From: an uncultured Bifidobacterium sp.
Lineage (GTDB): Bacteria; Fibrobacterota; Fibrobacteria; UBA11236
NCBI GenBank assembly: GCA_964416695.1
Contig: CAYQFG010000001.1
Coordinates: 1 to 51,612 of the forward strand
Length of the DNA stretch: 51,612 bases
Direction of reading: 5' to 3'
The first letter of the stretch is position 1. Each line of letters starts with the position of its first letter. Shown here piece after piece: positions 41,283 through 49,831 of the stretch. The position numbers were made by a program, and so were the translations under genes. The notes under the pieces are model-generated. The model had not been told where the DNA came from. It did not search any database and worked only from the letters and a program-made list of their open reading frames with translations.

Positions 41283-42191
41283 TTACCCGTAGCGCTTGTT
41301 GAACTCGTCCACGGCGGTCTTGCACTGTTGCGTCGCGGGCCATGCGTTGGGCCAGAAGCACAGGTCGATCGTCCACCAGTCGTGCTTCACGCCGGCGTTG
41401 GCCGTCAGTTCCTGCAGCACGGGGCCGAAGTCGATGTTGCCGTCGCCGATGGGGGTATGCGTGCTGGTTCCGTGTTCGTTCAAGGAACCGTCGCAGTCGA
41501 TCAACTGGATGGCGTTGATCTTGCCGCGCAGCTTTTTCGCCAGCTCCAGCACGCCGTCGTCGGAGACTTCCTTCTCGCCGCCGGTCTGGCGCAAGCCGAC
41601 CACCGCGCAGGTGTAGGCGTGGCAGGTGTCGAACATGGCGCCGAAGTTCTTCGAGCCGCTCATGGCGTCGACCAGTTCGATGATGTCGGAAGGCCGGTTG
41701 AAGATGAAGCCGGGTTCGAATTCCCACGTCACGTCGATGCCGAAGTCGGCCGCCATCCGGCACACTTCGGTCCAGGTCTTCACGATGCGGTCGCGGGCAA
41801 CGTCCTTGCCGACGGTGTCCATCACTTCGGGAGGCTGCACGGTGTCCACGCGGAACAAGGTGATGCCCAGGTCATGTGCGAATTCAAGGTTCTTGCGGAC
41901 GGTTGCGAGGTACGACTTGCCGCCGTCCTCGGCATCGGCCAGATGCTCGCTCCACATGTCGCCGGCCAGTCCCGAAAACTGCAGACCGTTGCTTTCCACC
42001 AGATCCTTCAAGGTCCTCCGCGATTCCTTGGTCGGATGATTGTCGGGCGTGGGGTGCTGGCCGAAGGCGCCGAGTTCGAGGCCATCGAACTTCATGTCGC
42101 GCAAACCTTCGACCACAGTGCGGAACGGAACGGGATTTTCGGCGTACGGGCCAACCGAATAAGCCCAGGTGCCTATGGAAACCTTGTGCAT
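41283..42191 (-). CDS. Xylose-isomerase-like TIM-barrel protein (sugar phosphate isomerase/epimerase family)
   Basis: 302 aa. The start is preceded by AAGGAGGTGA. The family pattern fits (FDGLELGAFG, ITLFRVDT, WEFEPG, FDTCH, IQLIDCDG). Confidence 0.75.
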   Translation of the reverse strand: MHKVSIGTWAYSVGPYAENPVPFRTVVEGLRDMKFDGLELGAFGQHPTPDNHPTKESRRTLKDLVESNGLQFSGLAGDMWSEHLADAEDGGKSYLATVRKNLEFAHDLGITLFRVDTVQPPEVMDTVGKDVARDRIVKTWTEVCRMAADFGIDVTWEFEPGFIFNRPSDIIELVDAMSGSKNFGAMFDTCHAYTCAVVGLRQTGGEKEVSDDGVLELAKKLRGKINAIQLIDCDGSLNEHGTSTHTPIGDGNIDFGPVLQELTANAGVKHDWWTIDLCFWPNAWPATQQCKTAVDEFNKRYG

Positions 42192-42440
42192 TTCACCTCC
42201 TTGACCGGACGCCGGTTTTTCCGGCTCCGGTACTCTATCAGTCTACCAGTCCGGGGCGAAAGGTTGTTGTATTAATTGCGGATGAATGGGTATTATTTCG
42301 GCGTGGTGTTTGGGGGGTAAAGCGGGCCCGAAACCGGGCCCGGGTGCAGGGGGCCGCAAAATCGCCCCTGAATATGAGGTTATTCTTCCTGATCGTCCTC
42401 ATGCGGCCCGTTTTGGAGGCTGCCGGAAAGGGTATTTTTT

Positions 42441-43196
42441 ATGACCACTGATCCACGAGCCTTCAAGCGCGCCTTCCTGGATTCACTCGACAGCCTGGGG
42501 GGGCTCGAGCAGTTGTTCGAAAACGTGCCCAATCTCTGGTTCTGGGTGAAAGATCGCGAATGTCGTTACGTCACTGCAAACCAGAACAGCGTGAAGATGT
42601 GCGGCGGCCGGACGGAAGCCGACCTCATCGGCAAAAACGATTTCGATTTTTTTCCCAAGCACAATGCCGAAGCGTTTCAACGCGACGATCTCTCCGTCGT
42701 GAAGTCGGGAATCAAGATCGTGGATCGCGTGGAGCCCATCACACTGGAAGACGGCAGCATCCGGTGGCACTCGACCAACAAGATGCCGTTGTACGGACGC
42801 GACGGCACCATCATCGGTGTTGCGGGGACGACCCGTGTTCTGGACACCAACGGCACACCCGACCCGGTCTACGCCGAGTTCGCCGGGGTCATCGACCACA
42901 TCAACCGAAATTACGCGCAACCCATCCAGATCGAACAGCTGGCGCGCATGATGTCGCTGTCCATCAGTCAGTTCGAACGGCGCTTCAAGCAGATTTTCCA
43001 GGAGGCGCCCGTGCGTTTCATCGTGAAAATCCGCGTGAATGAAGCCTGCAAGCTGCTCGTCAATACCCGCCAGCCCGTGGCCTGGATCGCCCGGGCCACG
43101 GGTTTTTTCGACCAGAGCTACTTCTCCAAGCAGTTTTCCCGCCGCATGGGCATGAGCCCGCGGCAGTACCGGGAGAAGTATTACCAGGGGGGGTAG
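42441..43196 (+). CDS. PAS-domain AraC-family transcriptional regulator
   Basis: N-terminal PAS-like region (WFWVKDRECRYVTANQNSVKMCG...). C-terminal AraC HTH (IEQLARMMSLSISQFERRFK...VAWIARATGFFDQSYFSKQFSRRMGMSPRQYR). Confidence 0.85.
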   Translation: MTTDPRAFKRAFLDSLDSLGGLEQLFENVPNLWFWVKDRECRYVTANQNSVKMCGGRTEADLIGKNDFDFFPKHNAEAFQRDDLSVVKSGIKIVDRVEPITLEDGSIRWHSTNKMPLYGRDGTIIGVAGTTRVLDTNGTPDPVYAEFAGVIDHINRNYAQPIQIEQLARMMSLSISQFERRFKQIFQEAPVRFIVKIRVNEACKLLVNTRQPVAWIARATGFFDQSYFSKQFSRRMGMSPRQYREKYYQGG

Positions 43197-43466
43197 GGGG
43201 GGGCTGGAGGTCAGGTGCGCCCGGGCCTCCCGGGGTCCGGACGTCGGATTTGCGGAATCATGCTGTTTCCGTGCGGTTTTGGTCGAAAAGAAACATTAGA
43301 GGTATGAATTGATCCTTTGTTGTCGTGCACGTTCTGGTCTGATGCGGTACATTAGGGCTCTGTTTGGACAAGTTTTCGCCATGACGGGGGTAGGGTCGTA
43401 TTCCGGCCTGCCGGATCAGGGCGGATCCGTGAACCGCGTATTCGCGAACCGAAGGAAGCTGGACGC

Positions 43467-44735
43467 ATGGAAAGAGCCGGAGTGAAGGGCGCATTTTTCG
43501 CGTTATCGTTGTGTTTCGTCTCCGCGCTCCCGCTTCGGGCCCAGGAGCAGACGTTTCTCACGGCCGATGACCTCAAGGTGAGCGGTTATGCCGATTTCGG
43601 ACGCTTTCAGTTGAGCGATGCGGAGTCCAAGGGGTCCAACGGGGAAGTGATCAGCCGCGTGGGAGCCCGCTGGGGAATCGACAAGGCCCTCAACGACAAC
43701 TGGTCCGTGATGGGCAAGCTGCACTGGATGCTGTGGCGCAATCATGCGACCGACATCTCCATGTTTCACATCGCGGGATTGAAGTTCGATGCCGACATGC
43801 AGGCGGCGTTGACGTGGGCGGCGCCCACGGGCGAAGACACCTGGCAGCTGGCCCGTTTCGGCGTGTACGATTACAAGTACAATGCGGATTCGCGGAATCT
43901 CGGTGAATACCTCCTCCGCTCGGAAGCCTATCCCACGATTCTGGAAAGCTCCCAGGGCAAAGACCTGATGGCCGACTCCCACAACCGCATGGCGGGCGTC
44001 GAATACCAGCGGCGCGAGTCGTCCCTCTTCACGCATACGGCGTTGCTCTACGCCGAAATGTTTTCCCAGCCTGTCTACGACCTGAACGTGGCGTACATCA
44101 ACACGTTCGGCAGCGAGAAAATGAACGTGGGTTTCGGGGTGGCCTGGTCGCGCTTCGTCAAGCTCAGCGCCTCCGACAGCAACACCACGATCGGGAACGC
44201 CCAGTACGACTACATCCGCTCTTCGGGGCTGACCACCGAGGCCCTCAAGTTCAGCCTGCGGGCGCGGGCGGAACTGCTGTCCTTGCCCCGCTGGAACGAG
44301 GCCCTGGTCCTTTACGGCGAAGCCGCGTTGCTCGGCCTCAAGGACGACACCCTCTATTACACCGACGTGATGGAACGCATGCCGATGATGGTCGGAATTT
44401 CGCTGCCCACGGCCGGCATCCTGACGTCGCTGGCTGTGGAGTATGAGTACTTCAGGAATCCGTACGGCGATCACCGGTACGAAATCCGTTATGCGCCGAC
44501 GCCCCTCCCGGTGCTGGACGATTACTCCGGGGCGCTGCCCAATTTCACCCGGGACGATCATCGCTGGAGCGTGCAGGCCCACCGTGCGCTCAACCCCTGG
44601 CTGGACGTGAAGGTTCGCGTCGCCAGCGATCATCTCCGCCTGCGCAGCTGGGACGGGGACTACAGCATCACCGCGCCCATGACCCGGAGTGCCCGCGACT
44701 GGTACTTCCTGGCGCGCATCGAATTTCACAACTGA
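43467..44735 (+). CDS. Putative outer-membrane beta-barrel protein, uncharacterised family (paralogue 1)
   Basis: Signal peptide ...FALSLCFVSALPLRAQE. Alternating hydrophobic pattern with an aromatic-rich C-terminus (WYFLARIEFHN). Clear similarity to the next ORF. Confidence 0.65.
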   Translation: MERAGVKGAFFALSLCFVSALPLRAQEQTFLTADDLKVSGYADFGRFQLSDAESKGSNGEVISRVGARWGIDKALNDNWSVMGKLHWMLWRNHATDISMFHIAGLKFDADMQAALTWAAPTGEDTWQLARFGVYDYKYNADSRNLGEYLLRSEAYPTILESSQGKDLMADSHNRMAGVEYQRRESSLFTHTALLYAEMFSQPVYDLNVAYINTFGSEKMNVGFGVAWSRFVKLSASDSNTTIGNAQYDYIRSSGLTTEALKFSLRARAELLSLPRWNEALVLYGEAALLGLKDDTLYYTDVMERMPMMVGISLPTAGILTSLAVEYEYFRNPYGDHRYEIRYAPTPLPVLDDYSGALPNFTRDDHRWSVQAHRALNPWLDVKVRVASDHLRLRSWDGDYSITAPMTRSARDWYFLARIEFHN

Positions 44736-44779
44736 CGGCCGCACGGCACGCACGAACGGGACGAACAAGGAGAACATGG

Positions 44780-46201
44780 ATGCTTAAAGCGGTTTCAGTA
44801 GCTTGCGCGGCGGGGCTTTCCCTCGCCCTCGGGGTGTCCGCCCAGGAGACGGAATCCCGGAAGAAACTCACGTTGTTCACGGCGTTCGATGTCGGGCGCA
44901 TTGAAGCGGGCGAAGATCCCCGTGAAAACGGTTTTAACGGATACGACGCGGCCGGGACGGCCCTCAACCGGACCTACGTGAACGTCGGCTTCACCGAACG
45001 CCTGGACGACAAGTACCTGGTGAGCGTCGGTGTGGGTGGCATCTTCTGGCGCGCCTTCGCCGCCAGCAGCACGACCCCCGACGACAAGGTGATCCGCTTC
45101 GGGCCCGGCATTTCCAATGCCTACATGCAGTATTTCCCCACGGAAAACACCGACCTCACCTTCGGCTTCTTCCCGTACAAGTACAACGCCGCCGCGCGCA
45201 ACCTGGGAGAATACCTGTTCCGTACGGAAGCGTATCCCACCATTCTGTACACCGGCGGCTGGGGCTGGATCAACGAAGCCCAGTACTCCACGCTGGGCGT
45301 CAAGTTCGCCGCCAACACCCTGGACGGGACGTTGCGTCATGAGGTCGGGCTGTTCGGAGAGTATTTCAATGCGCCGATTTACGACATCACCCCGGCTTAC
45401 ATCGCCACCTGGAAGCCGACGTCCTGGCTGACCGTGGGGGGGGCCGGTGCCTTGCACCGTTACATCTCTCCCACTCCCAAGACCAAGCGTGAACTCACGA
45501 AGAACCATGCCTACCGCAAGGATTTCTACGTGCCCGGCGACGCGGGGCGTCCTGCTGAAAACCTCACCATGCTGGAGTCGGATCTTCAGACCTACGTCAT
45601 CATGGCCGGGCTGAGCTTCGACAGCGTGGCCGCGCTTCCCCAGAATACCGGGGCAGGCGTCGACAGTGTCTCCTTCGATCTGGCGGCGGTGAAGCTGATG
45701 GCCTTCTTCGAAGTGGACTTCAACCAGTTGCTCGGCTTCAACGAAGCGCGCATGGGCAAGTTCAACCTCTACGGCGAAGTCGCCCAGCTCGGCCTCAAGA
45801 ACCATCCCATTTTCTACACGGAAATGTCCCAGCGCCGCCCCATGATGCTCGGTTTCAGCGTGCCGACCTTCGGTTTGCTGAACAACCTTTCCCTTGAACT
45901 GGAATACCTCGACAACCCCAACGTGGCCAGCATCGCCAGCACCTACGACCGGCTCAACCTGGTCCCCGAGGACAACCTGCTGATCGATCAGGACACCTTT
46001 CGCTACAGGACCTTCCACAAGGATGACTTCAAGTGGTCGGTGCACGCCTCGCGCTCCCTGTCGGAGTACCTGAGCTTGTATGTTCAGGTTGCCAACGATC
46101 ACATGCGCCTTAAGGACAAAAACACCACCCCCCAGTTTGTTCCCGTGACCAACGAAAAGGGACACTGGTACTGGCTGGCGCGCATTCAGTGGGCGATCTG
46201 A
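44780..46201 (+). CDS. Putative outer-membrane beta-barrel protein, uncharacterised family (paralogue 2)
   Basis: Signal peptide MLKAVSVACAAGLSLALGVSAQE. Blocks shared with paralogue 1: RNLGEYL(L/F)R(S/T)EAYPTIL, YGE.A.LGLK, RRPMM(V/L)G(I/F)S(L/V)PT, DD(H/F)(R/K)WSV(Q/H)A, V(A/A)(S/N)DH(L/M)RL and WY(F/W)LARI. Confidence 0.65.
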   Translation: MLKAVSVACAAGLSLALGVSAQETESRKKLTLFTAFDVGRIEAGEDPRENGFNGYDAAGTALNRTYVNVGFTERLDDKYLVSVGVGGIFWRAFAASSTTPDDKVIRFGPGISNAYMQYFPTENTDLTFGFFPYKYNAAARNLGEYLFRTEAYPTILYTGGWGWINEAQYSTLGVKFAANTLDGTLRHEVGLFGEYFNAPIYDITPAYIATWKPTSWLTVGGAGALHRYISPTPKTKRELTKNHAYRKDFYVPGDAGRPAENLTMLESDLQTYVIMAGLSFDSVAALPQNTGAGVDSVSFDLAAVKLMAFFEVDFNQLLGFNEARMGKFNLYGEVAQLGLKNHPIFYTEMSQRRPMMLGFSVPTFGLLNNLSLELEYLDNPNVASIASTYDRLNLVPEDNLLIDQDTFRYRTFHKDDFKWSVHASRSLSEYLSLYVQVANDHMRLKDKNTTPQFVPVTNEKGHWYWLARIQWAI

Positions 46202-46262
46202 AGTTTGATTTCGGATCCCAAGGACGCGTGACAAGATTAAAATGAGCATCAGGAGGAGCAAT

Positions 46263-47618
46263 ATGAAAACCGTCATCACACCTTGGACCCGGGGTCTGGC
46301 TCTCAGCCTGATCGCGGGACTGGGGGCTGTTCAGGCCCAAGACAAAAATCCGGCCGCGCGCACCCACGTCAAGATCGTGGATGGACAGGCCGTGAAGTTC
46401 ACGTCCAAGTTGAAGAAAGTCGTCGAGCTGAACTTCACCTTTGGCTTCCACCACAGCGAAAGCAAGCCGCTGATCTCCAACACGCTGACGCGCGTAGCGG
46501 AAACATACGGTAGCGAGGGGGTGCCTGCCTTCACTGTGCAAAAACACGTGGGTCCCAACAACGGGGCGTCCAACGGCCTCCCCACTCCCGATTTCACCCT
46601 CGCCGACCTGACCAGCGCCCAGGTGATTTTCGCCAACCAGATCAGCGCGATGGGCAGCAACTCACTGGGCGTGGCACGTCGTAATGCCATCCAGACCGCC
46701 GTGGAGGGCGGGGTCGGTTATTTCCACCTCCACGGCAGCGGCGATGACGAAACCCGCGCCTGGTCGTGGTACACGAACGTGCTTCATCCCATGAATTACG
46801 CCAGCCATGGTGCCAACACCAACGGACCGGTGTACAAAAACCCCACTGAGAAGAAGCACATCGTCACCGCGAACGTTCTGGAAACCGGCATGCATGAAGT
46901 GCGCGAGGTTCCCACGTCGGTGGATGCCGGCGGCAATGAGGTGCTGACCCAGGAACCGGTGCGCATCATCCGCAACGAGTGGTACCGCTTCGGCAACGAC
47001 ATCCGCACCATGCCGGAGCACAAGGACAAGGTGACCGTGCTGTCGCTGTACGACCCGCGCGAGTTCAGCAATTCGATGCTGGCCCCCCAGTACCGGCGCA
47101 AGGGCGGCAACATGTACACCTACCTGTTCAAGGTCGGCAACGGCATGTCGCACTACTTGCCCGCCGGTCACGACAACCTCGAAATCATGGGCGGCGACTA
47201 CGCCTTTGACGGCAAGGTCGGTGACTGGGACCGTTACTTCGCCCAGGTGTTGTTTTTCCTCGCCGGCTACGACCAGACGCCCTGTGACGCCTCCTGCGAC
47301 GACCTGCCGGTGGTCACGGCCGAGAACCACCTGACGGGCACGACATACGCCACCTCCATCGCGGGCGGCTACAAGCTGTTGCCCAATGGTGTCGACCTGC
47401 ACGACTCCCGTCTGGAGTTCTCCCTGGCCGCGCCGGTGAACTATCGCGCGCAGGTCCTCGACGTTTCGGGCAAGACCGTTCTGCAGGCGGCGGGGCATGG
47501 CACCAGCTACGCCTTCGACCAGTCGGCCTTGCAGCCCGGAGTATACTTCATGCGGGTGACGATGCCTGGCATTCAGGGCCCGGTCATGAAGCGCTATATC
47601 CTCGCGGCTTCCCGTTAA
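46263..47618 (+). CDS. Secreted ThuA-like (class I glutamine-amidotransferase-like fold) protein with T9SS-type C-terminal sorting domain
   Basis: Preferred ATG at 46263, preceded by AGGAGGAG. Signal peptide ...LIAGLGAVQAQD. ThuA-like blocks GFHHSES, GGVGYFHLHGSGD, WSWY, NEWYRF and HYLPAGHDN. C-terminal tail QVLDVSGKTV...LQPGVYFMRVT. Confidence 0.6.
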   Translation: MKTVITPWTRGLALSLIAGLGAVQAQDKNPAARTHVKIVDGQAVKFTSKLKKVVELNFTFGFHHSESKPLISNTLTRVAETYGSEGVPAFTVQKHVGPNNGASNGLPTPDFTLADLTSAQVIFANQISAMGSNSLGVARRNAIQTAVEGGVGYFHLHGSGDDETRAWSWYTNVLHPMNYASHGANTNGPVYKNPTEKKHIVTANVLETGMHEVREVPTSVDAGGNEVLTQEPVRIIRNEWYRFGNDIRTMPEHKDKVTVLSLYDPREFSNSMLAPQYRRKGGNMYTYLFKVGNGMSHYLPAGHDNLEIMGGDYAFDGKVGDWDRYFAQVLFFLAGYDQTPCDASCDDLPVVTAENHLTGTTYATSIAGGYKLLPNGVDLHDSRLEFSLAAPVNYRAQVLDVSGKTVLQAAGHGTSYAFDQSALQPGVYFMRVTMPGIQGPVMKRYILAASR

Positions 47619-47708
47619 TCGGAGATGGTGGTGGGGGGAGCGGCGACGCCCTCCCTCACGGGCAATCCCGGGTCGCCGGGTTGACCCGGGCCACCGGAGT
47701 TCTCCTCA

Positions 47709-47743
47709 CAAAAAACGCGCTCCTTGCAGGAGCGCGTTTTTTG
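47709..47743. terminator. Bidirectional intrinsic terminator
   Basis: AAAAAACGCGCTCC-TTGC-AGGAGCGCGTTTTTT between convergent genes. Confidence 0.85.
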
Positions 47744-47798
47744 TTGTGACGGATCCTTGGTTTCAGGAACGCGCACCCGGCGGCCACCCTCGCGCGGT

Positions 47799-49595
47799 TT
47801 ACAGCTGCGCGTGGTTCTCACGCGCATGCGCGTAATCGGGGGCGAGACGCAGCGCGGCTTCGTACAAACGCCGCGCGCGGTCGCGGTTGCCCGTGGCATG
47901 TTCGACCATTCCGAGATAATTGAGCGCGGCGGGCTGGGCCGAATCCAGGGCGAGAGACCGCTCCAGATACGGCTTCGCATCCAGGCCGCGGCGCTGTTGC
48001 AACAGTGAAAACGCGAGACCGTAATAAACCGACGCGTTGGTGGTGTCGGCGTGCAGCAGCGCCCGGAACGCGGGTTCTGCGTGATCCGCACGTCCGGTCG
48101 CCATATACAGGGACGCCAGGGCGCTGTTGATGTCCGTGTCGAGCGGGTCCTGCGCGCGCGCCTTCTCGAAGGCCGCGATCGCACCGTTGGTGTCGGCGAG
48201 CCGCAGGGACAGGTCAGCCACGAGGATTTCCAGAAAGGCGTAGTTGGTGTCCAGCGCGATCGCCCGGTGATACGCGGCGCGCGCGGCCTCCAGGTCTCCG
48301 GCGGAAGCCAGATCGGTGCCGTGCAGGAAATGCGCGTAACCGTTGCGGGGAATGGCCTCAACGAGGCTGGCGGACATCCCTTTTTTCTGCTCTTCCGTCC
48401 AGTGGAACCGTTCGGAAGCCGCCAGGGCCAGCGAACCCGTCAGAAAGACGCCGACAAACGCCCAGTGCTTCACCGTGGCCAGACTCCAGCGGCGGGGTGG
48501 AGGAGGGGCGGCCGTCCCGGCTTTCATGCCGAGATCCTGGAGAACCTTGGCGTCGCGCACCTTCCAGATGAAGCCATCGAGATAAAAATGAATCAGGGCC
48601 GAGCACGCGAAAATCGTCCCGACCTGACTCCAGAAACTGCTGTAGGCGGCCCGGTTTTCATACACCTCGAGCAGGTCGTGGCCCACCATCCCGATCGCCC
48701 CGTAGAGCAGGATGCAGGCGGTGTAAATGAGGATGCGCTTCCCCGATGCGTGAAACAGGTAGCGTTCCACCCGGCTGCTGGAGAGTTCGCGTTTCACCCG
48801 GCTGCGGTTGTAACTCCAGACGAAAGCGTTGTACTGCAGGTCATGGAAAATCTCCCACAACAGAAGCCCGATGATCAGGTTGTCGATGGTGATCATGCAG
48901 TAGGCCCAAAACGTGAAACTGACGAGCATGGTGCCGAGCTTCAGGGGGTTGAAGCGCCCTTGCGTGTATCCGTAGGCCGTTGTGGCCACAAACAGGATGG
49001 TGACTCCGATCGTCAGCGCCAGCCATCCCGTTTCGAGGGCCCTTACGGTTCCTGGAGGGAACAGGGGGCCTCCCGCCATGTAGAAGGTTCCGAGGATGGA
49101 CATTTTTTTGCCGGAAGACCACAGGATGATCTGCACGAACCAGGTGAGGCTCATCCAGAAGTCGAGGCGGGCGGTGAGCGCGGAATGAATACCGGCCTTG
49201 GCATCGTAAATCCGCAGAAAACCGTGAACCTGCATGATGCCGTGCCACGTCCCCCACACGATCAGCAAAAAGAAGATGAAGGTGAGCTTGTAGAAGGCCG
49301 CCAGCACCGTCAGCATCAGGATCAGCGCGGGGACGATGACCAGACGGGCGCGGAATTTCTGGAAAACGACGGGGTCGGTGTAGGCCCGGATGAAACCGGG
49401 GAGGTGATGTCCCGTGGCGCTCAGTGACAGCACCAGGGCTTTCAGGAACACCAGCGGCAACAGCCATGAGGCGGCATGAAAAAGCGGAATGATGGCCAGG
49501 GGTGTGGCGATGAAAAAAGCCATGTCCTGCCACGGTCCGATCAGCCAGCGGCCATCGGGGCGGGAAGAGGCGGTTGTCGGGGCCGGATGCGTCAT
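47799..49595 (-). CDS. Polytopic membrane protein with conserved His motifs fused to a C-terminal TPR domain
   Basis: The N-terminal ~380 aa has about ten hydrophobic segments and His-containing blocks (ATGHHLPGFIRAY, WGTWHGIMQVHGF, WEIFHDLQYNAFVW, LIHFYLDGFIWK). The C-terminal ~200 aa contains TPR-like repeats (AYHRAIALD, AFEKARAQDP, YYGLAFSLLQQ, LYEAALRLAPDY). Confidence 0.7.
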   Translation of the reverse strand: MTHPAPTTASSRPDGRWLIGPWQDMAFFIATPLAIIPLFHAASWLLPLVFLKALVLSLSATGHHLPGFIRAYTDPVVFQKFRARLVIVPALILMLTVLAAFYKLTFIFFLLIVWGTWHGIMQVHGFLRIYDAKAGIHSALTARLDFWMSLTWFVQIILWSSGKKMSILGTFYMAGGPLFPPGTVRALETGWLALTIGVTILFVATTAYGYTQGRFNPLKLGTMLVSFTFWAYCMITIDNLIIGLLLWEIFHDLQYNAFVWSYNRSRVKRELSSSRVERYLFHASGKRILIYTACILLYGAIGMVGHDLLEVYENRAAYSSFWSQVGTIFACSALIHFYLDGFIWKVRDAKVLQDLGMKAGTAAPPPPRRWSLATVKHWAFVGVFLTGSLALAASERFHWTEEQKKGMSASLVEAIPRNGYAHFLHGTDLASAGDLEAARAAYHRAIALDTNYAFLEILVADLSLRLADTNGAIAAFEKARAQDPLDTDINSALASLYMATGRADHAEPAFRALLHADTTNASVYYGLAFSLLQQRRGLDAKPYLERSLALDSAQPAALNYLGMVEHATGNRDRARRLYEAALRLAPDYAHARENHAQL

Positions 49596-49831
49596 GATCG
49601 TTTCATAAAGTACTGTAATCTCGTGCTCAGCGCATGGGACGGTCCGGAATCCTGCGAATCTTCATGAATCGCCGATGTGGACCGGATCGTACGCATTTTG
49701 TAACATAATGGTCTTCAAATAGTGCTACAAGACGCCGAAAAAGTACCACTTTGAAAGCGGGTGTTCCCTACATTCAGGCACGATCACATTTGGGAAGTCC
49801 AAGGTGCCTGCGGGCCCGGGCAGGAGGTTTC

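Noticed and set aside
43503-46279. Two long minus-strand ORFs (424 and 494 aa) opposite the barrel genes
   Set aside because: The plus-strand ORFs have signal peptides, paralogous conserved blocks and sensible composition. The antisense products are Arg/Gly/Val-rich.
49600-49831. Bacteroidota-type promoter motif (TAnnTTTG) in AT-rich upstream regions
   Set aside because: I found only approximate matches with wrong spacing, and the presence of strong SD sites argues against Bacteroidota-style expression signals.
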